Assembly (NCBI GenBank): GCA_943789375.1
Contig: CALSTX010000007.1
Coordinates: 17,696 to 81,695 of the forward strand
Origin: an uncultured Opitutales bacterium
Lineage (GTDB): Bacteria > Verrucomicrobiota > Verrucomicrobiia > Opitutales > Seribacteraceae
DNA: 64,000 nt
Direction: 5' to 3'
A program made the position numbers and the translations under genes. The notes below the pieces were generated by a model, which did not search any database, was not told where the DNA came from, and saw only the letters and a program-made list of their open reading frames with translations. This document shows, piece after piece, positions 1 through 10,598 of this stretch (its first letter is position 1; the number at the start of each line of letters is the position of its first letter).

Positions 1-1248
1 GCTTTTTTTGGAAAATGGCCATTTGAAAACTTACCAAAAAACTTTGATTACTGGGAAATTTCTACTGCTACTGATCAGATTTATAATCCCGAGATTATTT
101 CTCCGCATAGTACTTATGAAATTGAAGGGCACGCTACGGATGTGATTACGGATCGTGCGATTTCATGGATCAACCAACAAACTAAAACAGAAAAACCAAT
201 ATTTATAATAACTCTTTTTCATGGAACCTTAAAGCCATGGATTCCTCCCATTCGATTTCTTGAATTGTACAACGACAGGTTACTACCGGAGCCAAAAACT
301 TTAAAAACTGACTACTTAAGTAAAGCTCCTCCATCAAGATACCAAGAAGTTGAAATTCTCAGGAACCTTGATTTAGCTTCGGACCTTTTTGTAGAAACGG
401 ATGAAGAATCAGAGGGTGATGATAAATCATTAAACTTGGCCAAGCCTAGCCCTTTTGATCGATTAAATGATGAACAATTATCTGCATGGCAACTTGGAAT
501 CCGTCCGCAAAATGAAGCATTTACCAGAATAAATCAAGATTCAGCAGAGGCTTTGAATTGGAAATATCAACGCTTTGTTAAAAATTACTTGAGATGTGTA
601 CACGCTATCGATGAAAATATCGGCAGGCTTTATGATATAATCATGCAGGAGAATATTACCAACAATTGGACCTTTATGTACTCCGCATGCCAGGGAAACT
701 TTTTAGGTGAAAATGGATGGTTTGGCGGAAATTGGATTTATGAACCCGCGATACGAATTCCTTTGATCATTACCGGGGATAAATACCCGAAGAATAAAAA
801 ATCTGATTTCACCATCCACCTTGCTGACATTTACCCTACTCTCTTAACATACAAATCGTCAAAAACATCAGATGGTGGAAACTTCCCCATAATGCTTGAT
901 ACTAATGGCTCTGATACCACAAAAAATCTGTATTTTGAACACAGCATCTTTCCGGATATCAGCATGGTAGCCAAGCATTACGGAATACGAACCGCCAGGC
1001 ACAAACTCATACATTACCACCAATTCGATGAATGGGAATTATTTGATTTAGGGGAAGACCCTGACGAACAAAATAATATTTTTGAACGAACAGAAAATGA
1101 ATCATTAGTAAACGACCTTACAAAACTACTACTTTTCGAAAGAAGAAAGCAAGGATACGATAACTTTAAAGAACCTATGCCGGAAGAATGGCGAAGAATT
1201 TACAGGGGACCTAATGCACGAAAAAAAGAAAGAATCGGACAACCCTAA
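1..1248 (+). CDS. Sulfatase-family (alkaline phosphatase superfamily) protein with DUF4976-like C-terminus; 5'-truncated by the window edge; catalytic residues degenerate
   Basis: Frame 1 is open from base 1 (AFFGKWPF...EGHATDVITDRAISWI). Sulfatase scaffold motifs: KPIFI, YLRCVHAIDENIGRLYD, YEPAIRIPLII, HYGIRTARHKLIHY, WELFDLGEDPDEQNNI. Confidence 0.85.
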   Translation, partial: AFFGKWPFENLPKNFDYWEISTATDQIYNPEIISPHSTYEIEGHATDVITDRAISWINQQTKTEKPIFIITLFHGTLKPWIPPIRFLELYNDRLLPEPKTLKTDYLSKAPPSRYQEVEILRNLDLASDLFVETDEESEGDDKSLNLAKPSPFDRLNDEQLSAWQLGIRPQNEAFTRINQDSAEALNWKYQRFVKNYLRCVHAIDENIGRLYDIIMQENITNNWTFMYSACQGNFLGENGWFGGNWIYEPAIRIPLIITGDKYPKNKKSDFTIHLADIYPTLLTYKSSKTSDGGNFPIMLDTNGSDTTKNLYFEHSIFPDISMVAKHYGIRTARHKLIHYHQFDEWELFDLGEDPDEQNNIFERTENESLVNDLTKLLLFERRKQGYDNFKEPMPEEWRRIYRGPNARKKERIGQP

Positions 1249-1354
1249 TTATTTTTATGTATATTTTATAAAATTTTATTAAATTTTTTAAAAAAACATT
1301 TGTATCTTATAATAAAAACTATAAAAGCATATATAAAGGAATGCATATCCTGAG

Positions 1355-1391
1355 AGGCACCGTTTGGGAGGACGGTGCCTTTCGTCTTTTT
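1355..1391 (+). terminator. Intrinsic terminator-like hairpin
   Basis: 9-bp stem AGGCACCGT (1355-1363) / ACGGTGCCT (1372-1380), 8-nt loop, followed by TTCGTCTTTTT. Confidence 0.65.
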
Positions 1392-1455
1392 GAGCTTACC
1401 TAACTCTCTGGCACTTGCCTGTAAGTTCTAAAATCAGTTAAAGCATAAAGGTGAT

Positions 1456-2505
1456 TTAGGTCTGGAAGCTATGTTCCTTACCAGCAAATATTGCAGCGTA
1501 GGTACTTGGAGGAATCCAATCACTCAGTAACCATCTCTTGGCTAGTACTCGGTATCGATTTGGCTTTGTTTTAAGACCTGGTTCATAGTCAGTGTAAAAG
1601 GCTGTAAGAAGGGATCCTTTTTTATCCAAACTAATTGTGGAAGGATATCCAATATCTTTGGCGGAATCTCCAAATTGATGAATTACCCAAGGCGGTCTCC
1701 AGGTCTCACCTCCATCGATACTAAATCTAGCTCCAATGCCCATAAGACCACGATTACGGATTCCGTATGTCAGCAACAAACATTTATCAGACAGCACTGT
1801 TAAATCTGCTGGGTGCTGCATGGGAAGGGTGAGGATTCTTTTTTCTTTCCACCTTGCTTTAGACTCAGAAAGTTCGCAGAGTTTTACATGGTGATCGATA
1901 TGAGTCCGCGTTGCGGCGAATAGCCTTCCATTACTTAATTTGCAAAGAGTAGCTTCACTTGAATCATCCTTGCCAAATTTTGATTTTTGAGTCCAAGTCC
2001 GTCCATCGTCATGTGATGAAATCATCCAGGACTGACTAGGATTTCCTTTTCCTTGAGAACGATAAGATGAGTAAGCCAATTGATTTCGTCCGATTTGAAT
2101 GATTCGCCCAAATGGAATCGTGGACTCAATTCCATTGGGAACAATAGGATTAGTTTCAGAACGCCAAGACTTACCACCATCGTTTGATCTGGATAGCCAA
2201 TGACCGGAAAATCCGGTAAATTTTTCATCTTTGACAAAGAATCCGCTGCTAAAGCAAAGGATGTCACCATTATGGGCAAGGCCAACAGCCAAATGCATCC
2301 GATTTCCACCTTTAGGTCTTTTTGCCACAACTGAAAGTTTTTTCCAATTTTGACCATTACTGTCACTGATGGAACAAACCAAATCTCCCTCCATTAGACC
2401 ATGGCTAGGTGCATCAAAATAAGTGCACAGGACATGACCGTTGTTTAGCTTGGTCAGATTTGGCCACCCACATGAGTCAGTTGAAATAACCGCAACTTTA
2501 TTCAT
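1456..2505 (-). CDS. Sialidase-fold (BNR/Asp-box beta-propeller) protein
   Basis: Asp-boxes SDSNGQNW, SNDGGKSW, SHDDGRTW, SIDGGETW; C-terminal GYPS motif; no signal peptide visible. Confidence 0.8.
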   Translation of the reverse strand: MNKVAVISTDSCGWPNLTKLNNGHVLCTYFDAPSHGLMEGDLVCSISDSNGQNWKKLSVVAKRPKGGNRMHLAVGLAHNGDILCFSSGFFVKDEKFTGFSGHWLSRSNDGGKSWRSETNPIVPNGIESTIPFGRIIQIGRNQLAYSSYRSQGKGNPSQSWMISSHDDGRTWTQKSKFGKDDSSEATLCKLSNGRLFAATRTHIDHHVKLCELSESKARWKEKRILTLPMQHPADLTVLSDKCLLLTYGIRNRGLMGIGARFSIDGGETWRPPWVIHQFGDSAKDIGYPSTISLDKKGSLLTAFYTDYEPGLKTKPNRYRVLAKRWLLSDWIPPSTYAAIFAGKEHSFQT

Positions 2506-2599
2506 CTAATGAAAAGCTAAATAAACGATGTTGAATAAAAAAACGATTAAGCTTAAAGGTATGTCCCGAAAAAAGAAAGCAAAGCTGATTGCAAGAGGA

Positions 2600-3145
2600 T
2601 TAAAGTAGTTTTCCTAAAGATCGGCAAAATTGAATAAATTGCTCAGCCTGATCGCTAAGTCTACCCAGTAAATCAATGTCAGTGATACCATTTTCATGAG
2701 AGGCGACATTATGAACAGCGGGTACAAAAACTCGTTTCGGGAAGTTATACGCATTGCGATAACCAAAAACCTGCTGCAGATGCTCCACGGGACGCAAAGC
2801 CCCGAATTGTCCTGATGCAATACCGATGTAGCAAATTGGACGACCTTCGAAACTATCTGGGTATGGCAGTAGGTCGATAAAAAGCTTTAGTGCACCAGGC
2901 ATACTCCCATTGTACTCGGGCACGACAATAACCAATCCGGAAGCATTAAGTATGTCCTTGGTAAATTCTAAAATCGCAGGAGGCTTTTCAGTGTATGCAT
3001 TAGGCGAAAAAGTTTCAGTAGGTAAATGGGAAAGCTCGAGTATTTTGCTGTCCATGCCTTTTTCCTGATAAAGTTCATTCAATGCATTCGAAAACACAGA
3101 TGACAAACTTCCCTCCCGATTTGTGCCTGAAATAATGACAATCAT
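2600..3145 (-). CDS. NAD(P)H-dependent FMN reductase (flavodoxin-like, ChrR/SsuE family)
   Basis: ISGTNREGS N-terminus, VPEYNGSMPGALKLFID motif, GQFGALR motif; ATGA overlap with thrH. Confidence 0.9.
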   Translation of the reverse strand: MIVIISGTNREGSLSSVFSNALNELYQEKGMDSKILELSHLPTETFSPNAYTEKPPAILEFTKDILNASGLVIVVPEYNGSMPGALKLFIDLLPYPDSFEGRPICYIGIASGQFGALRPVEHLQQVFGYRNAYNFPKRVFVPAVHNVASHENGITDIDLLGRLSDQAEQFIQFCRSLGKLL

Positions 3146-3741
3146 GGGTTTGGGCTTTCAATAAAAGACATAAGTTTTCGGTAATCTCTAGCAACCGGCA
3201 TATCAGGATAATCTTTGGTTAATTGCTCTGGTGGATTAAATAGTACGCAATGATCAGATGTCTTTAACATACCCAAATCATTGTAACTGTCTCCTGCAGC
3301 GGTCACTTCAAAATTTAGCTTTTGTAAATATTGAACGCTTCTCCGTTTATGGTCGGGAAGCCTCAATTTGATAGCTTTAATGGACTCTCCATCAATTTCA
3401 AGTTCGTGGCAAAATAAGGTGGGGAAACCAAGCTTTTTCATAAGTGGACCAGCAAATTCACGAAATGTATCGGAAAGGATGATTAACTCATACTTCGATC
3501 TCAGTTCGTTTAAGAATTCAAGGGCTCCAGGTAAAGGTTCAAGGGTTTCAATGACTTCTTGTATTTGATCGAGGGTAAAACCATGAGAATTTAAAATATC
3601 AAGTCGATACTGCATCAGCACCTCATAATCTGGTTCATCCCTGGTAGTACGGGTTAATTCAGATACACCGGTTTTTTCTGCGAAAGCAACCCAGATTTCT
3701 GGGACCAATACACCTTCCAAATCCAAGCAAATAACACGCAT
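3142..3741 (-). CDS. thrH: Bifunctional phosphoserine phosphatase / homoserine phosphotransferase
   Basis: CLDLEGVLVPEIW, TRDEPDYEVLM, ILSDTF, AAGDSYND motifs diagnostic of ThrH. Confidence 0.93.
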   Translation of the reverse strand: MRVICLDLEGVLVPEIWVAFAEKTGVSELTRTTRDEPDYEVLMQYRLDILNSHGFTLDQIQEVIETLEPLPGALEFLNELRSKYELIILSDTFREFAGPLMKKLGFPTLFCHELEIDGESIKAIKLRLPDHKRRSVQYLQKLNFEVTAAGDSYNDLGMLKTSDHCVLFNPPEQLTKDYPDMPVARDYRKLMSFIESPNP

Positions 3742-3758
3742 TCTACGAAAACTTAAAA

Positions 3759-5240
3759 TCAGGGCAAAGAAGTCTCGCCCATTAAATAACGATCACATTC
3801 ACGAGCCGCTGCCCTACCCTCATTGATTGCCCATACGACCAATGACTGCCCTCTACGCACATCACCAGCAGCAAAAACACCATCTATATTAGTAGAAAAC
3901 TTACCATATTCCGCGTTGAGATTTGATCTTGAGTCTCTTTCCAAACCTAACTCCTCTGCAATTATATCTTCTGGGCCTAGAAAACCCATTGCAAGAAAGG
4001 CAACCTGTGCTGGAATCTCTTGCTCGGTACCAGGAACTTCAACAGGTAAAAAACGCCCATTTTCCTGCTTCCATTCAATCTCATGGATGAGAATTGATTT
4101 TAAGTTACCACTTTCATCACCAATAAACTTTTTGGTTGCAGTTAAATATTTTCGTGGATCAGCTCCAAAAATTTCTTTGGCCTCTTCTTGCCCGTAATCC
4201 ATCTTGTAGACCTTTGGCCATTCGGGCCATGGATTGTCTTCTGCTCTTTCCTCTGGCGGCCGAGGCATGATCTCCAACTGGGTGATACTCTTGCAACCAT
4301 GACGAAGAGAAGTCCCAACGCAATCAGTGCCCGTATCTCCTCCGCCTATAACTATCGCGTCTTTTCCTTGAGCAGCAGTTTCAAAGGCAGTGATATCTTT
4401 CAACTCAAGTAGTCCTTGCGTATTTTTGGTAAGAAATTCCATGGCAAAATGGACGCCATTTAACTCCCTCCCTTCAATAGGTAAGTCTCGAGGTTTAGTC
4501 GCTCCGCAGCAAAGTATAACAGAATCAAAATCTTCAATGAGTTTTTTAGCAGGCAAATCTTTCCCAATTTCTGTAGAAACTACAAACTCTACACCTTCCT
4601 CTGCCATAAGGTCTACCCGTCTTTGAACGATTTGCTTATCTAGTTTCATGTTGGGGATGCCATAAAGTAAAAGACCTCCAATGCGGTCTGCCCTCTCATA
4701 AACAGTTACCAAATGACCAGCTTTGTTAAGTTGATCAGCAGTAGCCAAGCCAGCAGGACCGGAACCAACAACGGCAACCTTTTTACCTGACCTCGATTGA
4801 GGAGGATTTGCCTTAACCCAGCCTTCTTGAAAACCTTTATCAATAATAGAACACTCAATACTCTTGATTGCAACAGGCGGTTCAATGACACCCAATACAC
4901 ATGAACCTTCACATGGGGCTGGGCAAACTCTACCAGTGAATTCCGGAAAATTATTTGTTTTATGAAGTCTGTCCAAGGCTTCTCGCCATTTATTTTGATA
5001 AACTAAATCATTCCACTCAGGAATTAAATTATTAATGGGGCAACCACTGGCCATGTTACTCAATGTCATTCCTGTGTGACAGTAAGGTGTACCACAATCC
5101 ATACAGCGAGCACCTTGTTTGCGTACTTTATCTTCTTCAAAATCTTCATGGATTTCGTTCCAATCTTTTACCCGCTCCGTAGGCAGACGATCAGGTATTG
5201 GCTTTCTTTCGTATTCTAAAAATCCGGTTGATTTTCCCAT
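3759..5240 (-). CDS. gltD: Glutamate synthase small (beta) subunit
   Basis: Start [10 protein letters not shown] at ATG 5240 (the longer ORF-track start lies inside gltB). [10 protein letters not shown] Fe-S motif, [25 protein letters not shown] and GGGDTG dinucleotide motifs, [14 protein letters not shown]. Confidence 0.96.
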   Translation of the reverse strand: MGKSTGFLEYERKPIPDRLPTERVKDWNEIHEDFEEDKVRKQGARCMDCGTPYCHTGMTLSNMASGCPINNLIPEWNDLVYQNKWREALDRLHKTNNFPEFTGRVCPAPCEGSCVLGVIEPPVAIKSIECSIIDKGFQEGWVKANPPQSRSGKKVAVVGSGPAGLATADQLNKAGHLVTVYERADRIGGLLLYGIPNMKLDKQIVQRRVDLMAEEGVEFVVSTEIGKDLPAKKLIEDFDSVILCCGATKPRDLPIEGRELNGVHFAMEFLTKNTQGLLELKDITAFETAAQGKDAIVIGGGDTGTDCVGTSLRHGCKSITQLEIMPRPPEERAEDNPWPEWPKVYKMDYGQEEAKEIFGADPRKYLTATKKFIGDESGNLKSILIHEIEWKQENGRFLPVEVPGTEQEIPAQVAFLAMGFLGPEDIIAEELGLERDSRSNLNAEYGKFSTNIDGVFAAGDVRRGQSLVVWAINEGRAAARECDRYLMGETSLP

Positions 5241-5265
5241 AATAAATTCTCCTGTTAAATTTGTA

Positions 5266-8200
5266 TTAATGACCGGCGGCCACATTTTCTTCGAAAGCCG
5301 CTTGAACAGCATCATCGCCTTCCAAGCCTCTTTCCTCAGCTTTTTTAAGAGCAAGTAAAACTCTTTCGTAATCCTCAGGTAAGATCTTTAAGAATTTACT
5401 ACTAAAAGAATCCCAATTTTCTAGCAGATCTTGACCTCTAGCCGATTGAGTATGTTTTACATGATCAGAAATCAAATTTTTGACTGTAAGTATCTCATCA
5501 TCATCACATTCGACAAGAGGATACACTTTTACCATTTCACGATTAAGACGCTTGCTTACAAAATCACCGTCCTCATCAAAAATATAGGCTACTCCTCCAG
5601 ACATACCTGCACCAAAATTCCTGCCTGTTTTCCCTAGGCATAGCATGCTTCCTCCCGTCATATACTCGCAAGCATGATCGCCAACACCTTCAACGACAGC
5701 GGAAACACCGGAATTACGAACACAGAACCTTTCACCTGCAACTCCAGCAATAAATGCTTCTCCGGCAGTAGCTCCGTAAAAGCAGACGTTACCTGTAATA
5801 ATATTTTCGTGTGCAACGAAAGCAGAATCTTTGGGAGGACGAACGATGATTTTGGCACCAGAAAGTCCTTTTCCACAGTAGTCATTGGTATCACCCTCCA
5901 CTGTAAATGTCATTCCTTTAGGACAAAAAGCTCCAAGGCTTTGACCGGCCGAACCAACTAAATTGACTCGAATGGAATCGTCAGGCAAACCATCAGGACC
6001 ATTTATTCTCGACAATTCAGCACCTGTTATAGTGCCAACCACACGGTCAGTATTAACAACAGGAAGGTCAATGGTGACTGGTTGCCCTCCTTCGATTGTA
6101 GATTGTGATGCTTTTAAAATAGTTCTCATATCAAGTGAACGGTCAATGAGATGGTCTTGCTTCATTTGGCAAAAAGTTCCGACTTCAGGTGCAACATTGG
6201 GTCGGTAAAGAATCTTTGAATAGTCTAAGCCTTTTGCTTTCCAATGATCTACTGCATTTCGTAATTCTAACTTATCAACTCTTCCAACCATTTCATTGAT
6301 GGATCGAAAGCCAAGTTTCGCCATTGTCTCCCTCATTTCTTCAGCAATGAAATTCATAAAGTTAATCACAGCATCTGCACCACCTGCGAACTTTTCACGT
6401 AGACGCGGGTCCTGAGTAGCGATGCCAACAGGACAGGTGTTTTTGTGACAAACCCTCATCATTAAACAACCAAGAGTAACTAGTGGTGCTGTGGCAAAGC
6501 CAAATTCTTCAGCACCTAATAAACAAGCAATTGCAACATCCCGCCCTGTTTTGAGCTGTCCGTCTGTCTCCAACACCACGCGGCTTCGCAAGTCATTGAG
6601 AAGCAAAGTTTGATTTGTTTCTGCAACACCAAGCTCCCAGGGAGCTCCAGCGTGTTGGATGGATGAACGGGGTGATGCACCAGTACCCCCATCGTAACCA
6701 GAGACAAGAATAACATCTGCTTTAGCTTTTGCTACGCCTGCAGCAACAGTACCAACTCCAACCTCCGAAACTAATTTCACATTCACTCGGGCATGGACAT
6801 TAGAATTTTTTAAGTCATGAATGAGTTCAGCGAGGTCTTCGATTGAATAAATATCGTGATGGGGGGGAGGTGAAATTAAACCAACACCTGGAGTAGTTCC
6901 TCTTGTTTTAGCGATTGGAGGTAATACCTTATGGCCCGGTAATTCACCACCCTCTCCGGGCTTAGCACCTTGGACGATTTTAATTTGAATTTCATCAGAA
7001 TTAACGAGGTAATAACTCGTTACCCCCAAATCTACCACTTGCAACTTGTTTAATCGCAGATCTTCTCGAATTACCATTAGAATCCGGTGTAAATCTGTCC
7101 AAATCTTCACCACCTTCTCCGGTGTTTGATTTTCCGCCAAGACGATTCATGGCAATCGCCAAACTTTCATGAGCTTCTTTGGATATTGATCCGTAAGACA
7201 TGGCCCCTGTTTTAAATCTTTTAACAATTTCGCTTGCTGGTTCTACATCATCTATCGAAACAGCGTTCTGATCATCGAATTTAAAATCCATCAATCCTCT
7301 CAATGTGTAAAGGTCGCGGGACTGATCATTTACAGCATTTGAATATTCCCTAAATACTTCGAAATTACCGAGCCTCGTGGCTTTCTGCAATTTGTGAATG
7401 GTTGTTGGGTTAAACAAATGCTTTTCTCCTGTTGCTCTCCATTGGTAAACGCCACCAGGATCAAGGGGAAGCGAACGCTCGTCTGGTCTTGGGGCAAATG
7501 CAAAACTATGTCGGTGCCTTGCCTCAGATGCAATGGCATCCATTCCAATCCCCTCCACTCGAGTGGCTGTTTTGGTGAAAAACTTGTCTATGATCAATTG
7601 ATTCAAGCCTAACGATTCAAAAATCTGAGCACCACGGTAAGATGCAACCGTAGAGATCCCCATTTTCGACATGGTTTTAATAACACCATTAAGGTTGGCC
7701 TTGAGAAAGTTTTTACAAGCAATCTTGGGGTCCTCTTTGATATCACCACAACAAATCATGTGACGAACGGTTTCGAGGGATAAGTACGGATTAATTAAAT
7801 CTGCACCGTACCCAACAAGCAGTGCGAAATGCTGAACTTCCCGAGGTTCTCCTGATTCAATTACTAGAGACACTTTGGTGCGTGTGCCATTGCGTATCAA
7901 GTGATGATGTAAACCAGCACATGCAAGAAGTGCTGGCATTGCAGCATGACTAGAGGAAACATCACGGTCGGATAAAATAAGTACATTCACACCCTCAATG
8001 ATTGCATCATCTGCCTTCCTAAAAAGTGCTTCTAGAGCAATCTCCAAGTCTTCTCCGTGAAGCTTAGAGTTGTCTGGCTTAAACAAAATTGGCAAAGTTG
8101 AAGCCATAAAACCAACAGGTAGTTTACCCCTAAGTTGGGCAATTTGTGTATCATCTACTAGCGGAGAATCATATTTTAAAAGCCTACAACTTTTTGGACC

Positions 8201-9871
8201 AGGTTTTGTAAGGTTTCCCTCAGACCCTACGAAGCTAATGGATGCTGTGACTAACTCTTCGCGGATAGGATCGATGGGGGGGTTTGTTACCTGGGCAAAT
8301 AGTTGCTTAAAGTAATTGTAAAGAGATTGTGATTTGTCTGAAAGAACAGCGAGAGGTGAATCGTTGCCCATTGAACCTAAAGGTTGCTTGCCAACTTGGG
8401 CGCTTGGCCCAATCAAAAATCGTAAATCCTCAAATGTATAACCAAAAGATTTTTGTTTCGTAACAATAGAACTGAAATCGTCTTTCTTGTTGGTCTCCGG
8501 AAGAGGTAAAGTTGATGCATCTACAAGTGACTCTCTCAACCAATCACCGTAGGGTTCTTGTTGAGCAACAGATTCTTTGATCTCAGCGTCGTCTATTATT
8601 CGGCCCTGATTCATATCTATCATAAACATCCTACCTGGCTCTAATCTACCTTTTTTGACAACATCAGATGAATCAATAGAGGAAAGAACGCCCACTTCAG
8701 AAGCTAAAATTACTTTATCGTCTTTGGTAACATAATACCTTGATGGACGGAGCCCATTTCGGTCAAGGACTGCACCCACTTGTGTACCATCTGAAAATGC
8801 AATCGAAGCAGGACCATCCCAGGGTTCCATCACGCAAGCATGAAATTCGTAGAAATCCCTCTTGTATTGTGGCATGTCCTGATGTTTTTCCCATGGCTCA
8901 GGTATCATCATCATCATTGCGTGGGAAAGACTACGACCAGACAGGGTTAAAAATTCCAAGCAATTATCAAACTTTTGGGAATCTGAACCATCTTCTCTTA
9001 TAATCGGTAAAAGTTTTTTTACATCTTCACCAAAGGCATCGCTGGCCAACTGCATTTGACGAGCGTAGAGCCAATTCTCGTTACCTCGAACTGTATTGAT
9101 TTCTCCATTATGACAAAGGTACCTAAATGGTTGAGCTCTGTGCCAACTTGGAAAAGTATTCGTGGAAAATCTTGAGTGAGTTAGTGCAAGGGCAGATTCC
9201 ATTAATGGATTACTGAGATCCGGGAAATAATCTGAAAGTTGTTGAGTTGTAAGCATACCTTTGTATGTCATGGTCTTGGAAGAAAAAGAACTTACATGGA
9301 AGCTTACATCCGGATCATCTGAACTAAAACGTAAACGATGACTGATAATTCTCCGAACCAAATAAAGTTTCCTTTCAAAAGGTAAGCCGACATCAATGTG
9401 AGCTGGACGCTTAACAAAAAGTTGCTCCATTGTAGGCTCTGAGTCAGAAGAAGCCTTACCAAGTATGCTGCTTCTGACAGGTACAGTTCTCCACCCCAAT
9501 AATTCTATACCCTCCTCATTTAGGACTTCTGCAATGATGTTCTTTTCATGGGCATACAAGTCCTGATCTTTGGAAAGAAATATAAATGCCGCACCATAAT
9601 CTCCTGAAGAAGGAAGGCGCAGTGAAATTTCATCTGCACATGCTTGGGTAAGAAATTTGTGTGGGAGTTGTATAAATATGCCTGCACCGTCACCCGTTAT
9701 TGGATCGCAGCCACATCCACCTCGGTGGTCAAGATTCACACAGATTTCTAGTGCACCTTGGACTATGGAATGTGACTTACGGCCTTTAAGGTCGACAATT
9801 AGACCAATGCCACAATTTTCATGTTCTAGTGTAGGGTTGTAAAGTCCTTGTTCTTTAGGCGGTGTTTTCAT
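5266..9871 (-). CDS. gltB: Glutamate synthase large (alpha) subunit, split by a +1 frameshift near 7023-7027
   Basis: Ntn CGIG start, [38 protein letters not shown] then (other frame) [43 protein letters not shown]-terminal domain. Removing one G from the G5 run restores ASGRFGVTSYYL. Confidence 0.95.
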
Positions 9872-9879
9872 TTTAAAAT

Positions 9880-9908
9880 ATTATAGGCATTCGAAGTCTA
9901 AGAAACAA
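9880..9908 (-). promoter_or_regulatory. Putative sigma70-type promoter of the gltB operon
   Basis: On the minus strand TTGTTT-N17-TATAAT, ending 8 nt before the gltB ATG. Confidence 0.5.
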
Positions 9909-9956
9909 ACGAGGAATTCAAACATTTTGTTCTATGACATTATTCGGTCAAGGCTA

Positions 9957-10598
9957 TTAGCACAGTTTAAGAGGTAACTTTCTTTTTAAGTTAGCAAACA
10001 GTGGAGGTGAAAAGGAAAATGTTTTTTTTGTTAAAACTAAATTTCCACATGAATAGTTAGAGTAAATCGGCAAATTACTTGAGCCTAAGGATGCGGTTTT
10101 ACGAAAGAAGTTAAAAAGGACTCTGATAACAAATCTAAAATAATATCCAGAGAGTGATCGACATTTCGGATTGTAAAAATCTATATTAAGCCAATGTCCA
10201 CTAACACATAAAAGTTTGGTGATTTTTAAAATACATAAATTGCAATCATTTTGAGAAAAGCAGTCCAAAAAAAAACTTGTACAAATTATGTCATAATAAA
10301 TACTAGCATTGAAATCGAAAAAGGATTCATTAATGATAGAAATATTATGATCACTTACATCTATGCACTTTATTTTCAATATTTCACACATTTTAGTAGA
10401 AGATTCTACGATAGTTATTTTACTGTCAGGAAAAGATTTGAAATAATTTAATAAATTTCCTGTTCCTTCGCCGATTAACAGAATGTTTTTACTTTTACTT
10501 TTATATAATAGTGATTCCCTAAAACATTGTAAATAATCTCCAAAAGAAATTTTTTCTAAAAAATTATAAAAGTTAGAAACTTTATCAAAATCATTCAT
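9957..10598 (-). CDS. Class I SAM-dependent methyltransferase
   Basis: ILLIGEGTGN motif I, ITIVESS acidic motif II, YDIICTSFFLDCF motif IV; TAATG stop/start coupling with the upstream gene. Confidence 0.8.
   Translation of the reverse strand: MNDFDKVSNFYNFLEKISFGDYLQCFRESLLYKSKSKNILLIGEGTGNLLNYFKSFPDSKITIVESSTKMCEILKIKCIDVSDHNISIINESFFDFNASIYYDIICTSFFLDCFSQNDCNLCILKITKLLCVSGHWLNIDFYNPKCRSLSGYYFRFVIRVLFNFFRKTASLGSSNLPIYSNYSCGNLVLTKKTFSFSPPLFANLKRKLPLKLC

Noticed and set aside
1341-1403. 20-codon ORF MHILRGTVWEDGAFRLFELT with AAAGGA just upstream
   Set aside because: The SD-like motif has zero spacing to the ATG and the ORF runs through the terminator hairpin; no supporting homology.
5266-9871. 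gltB, atpD and atpC as pseudogenes
   Set aside because: All catalytic motifs are intact on both sides of single-base insertions and partner genes are complete; sequencing error is more parsimonious.
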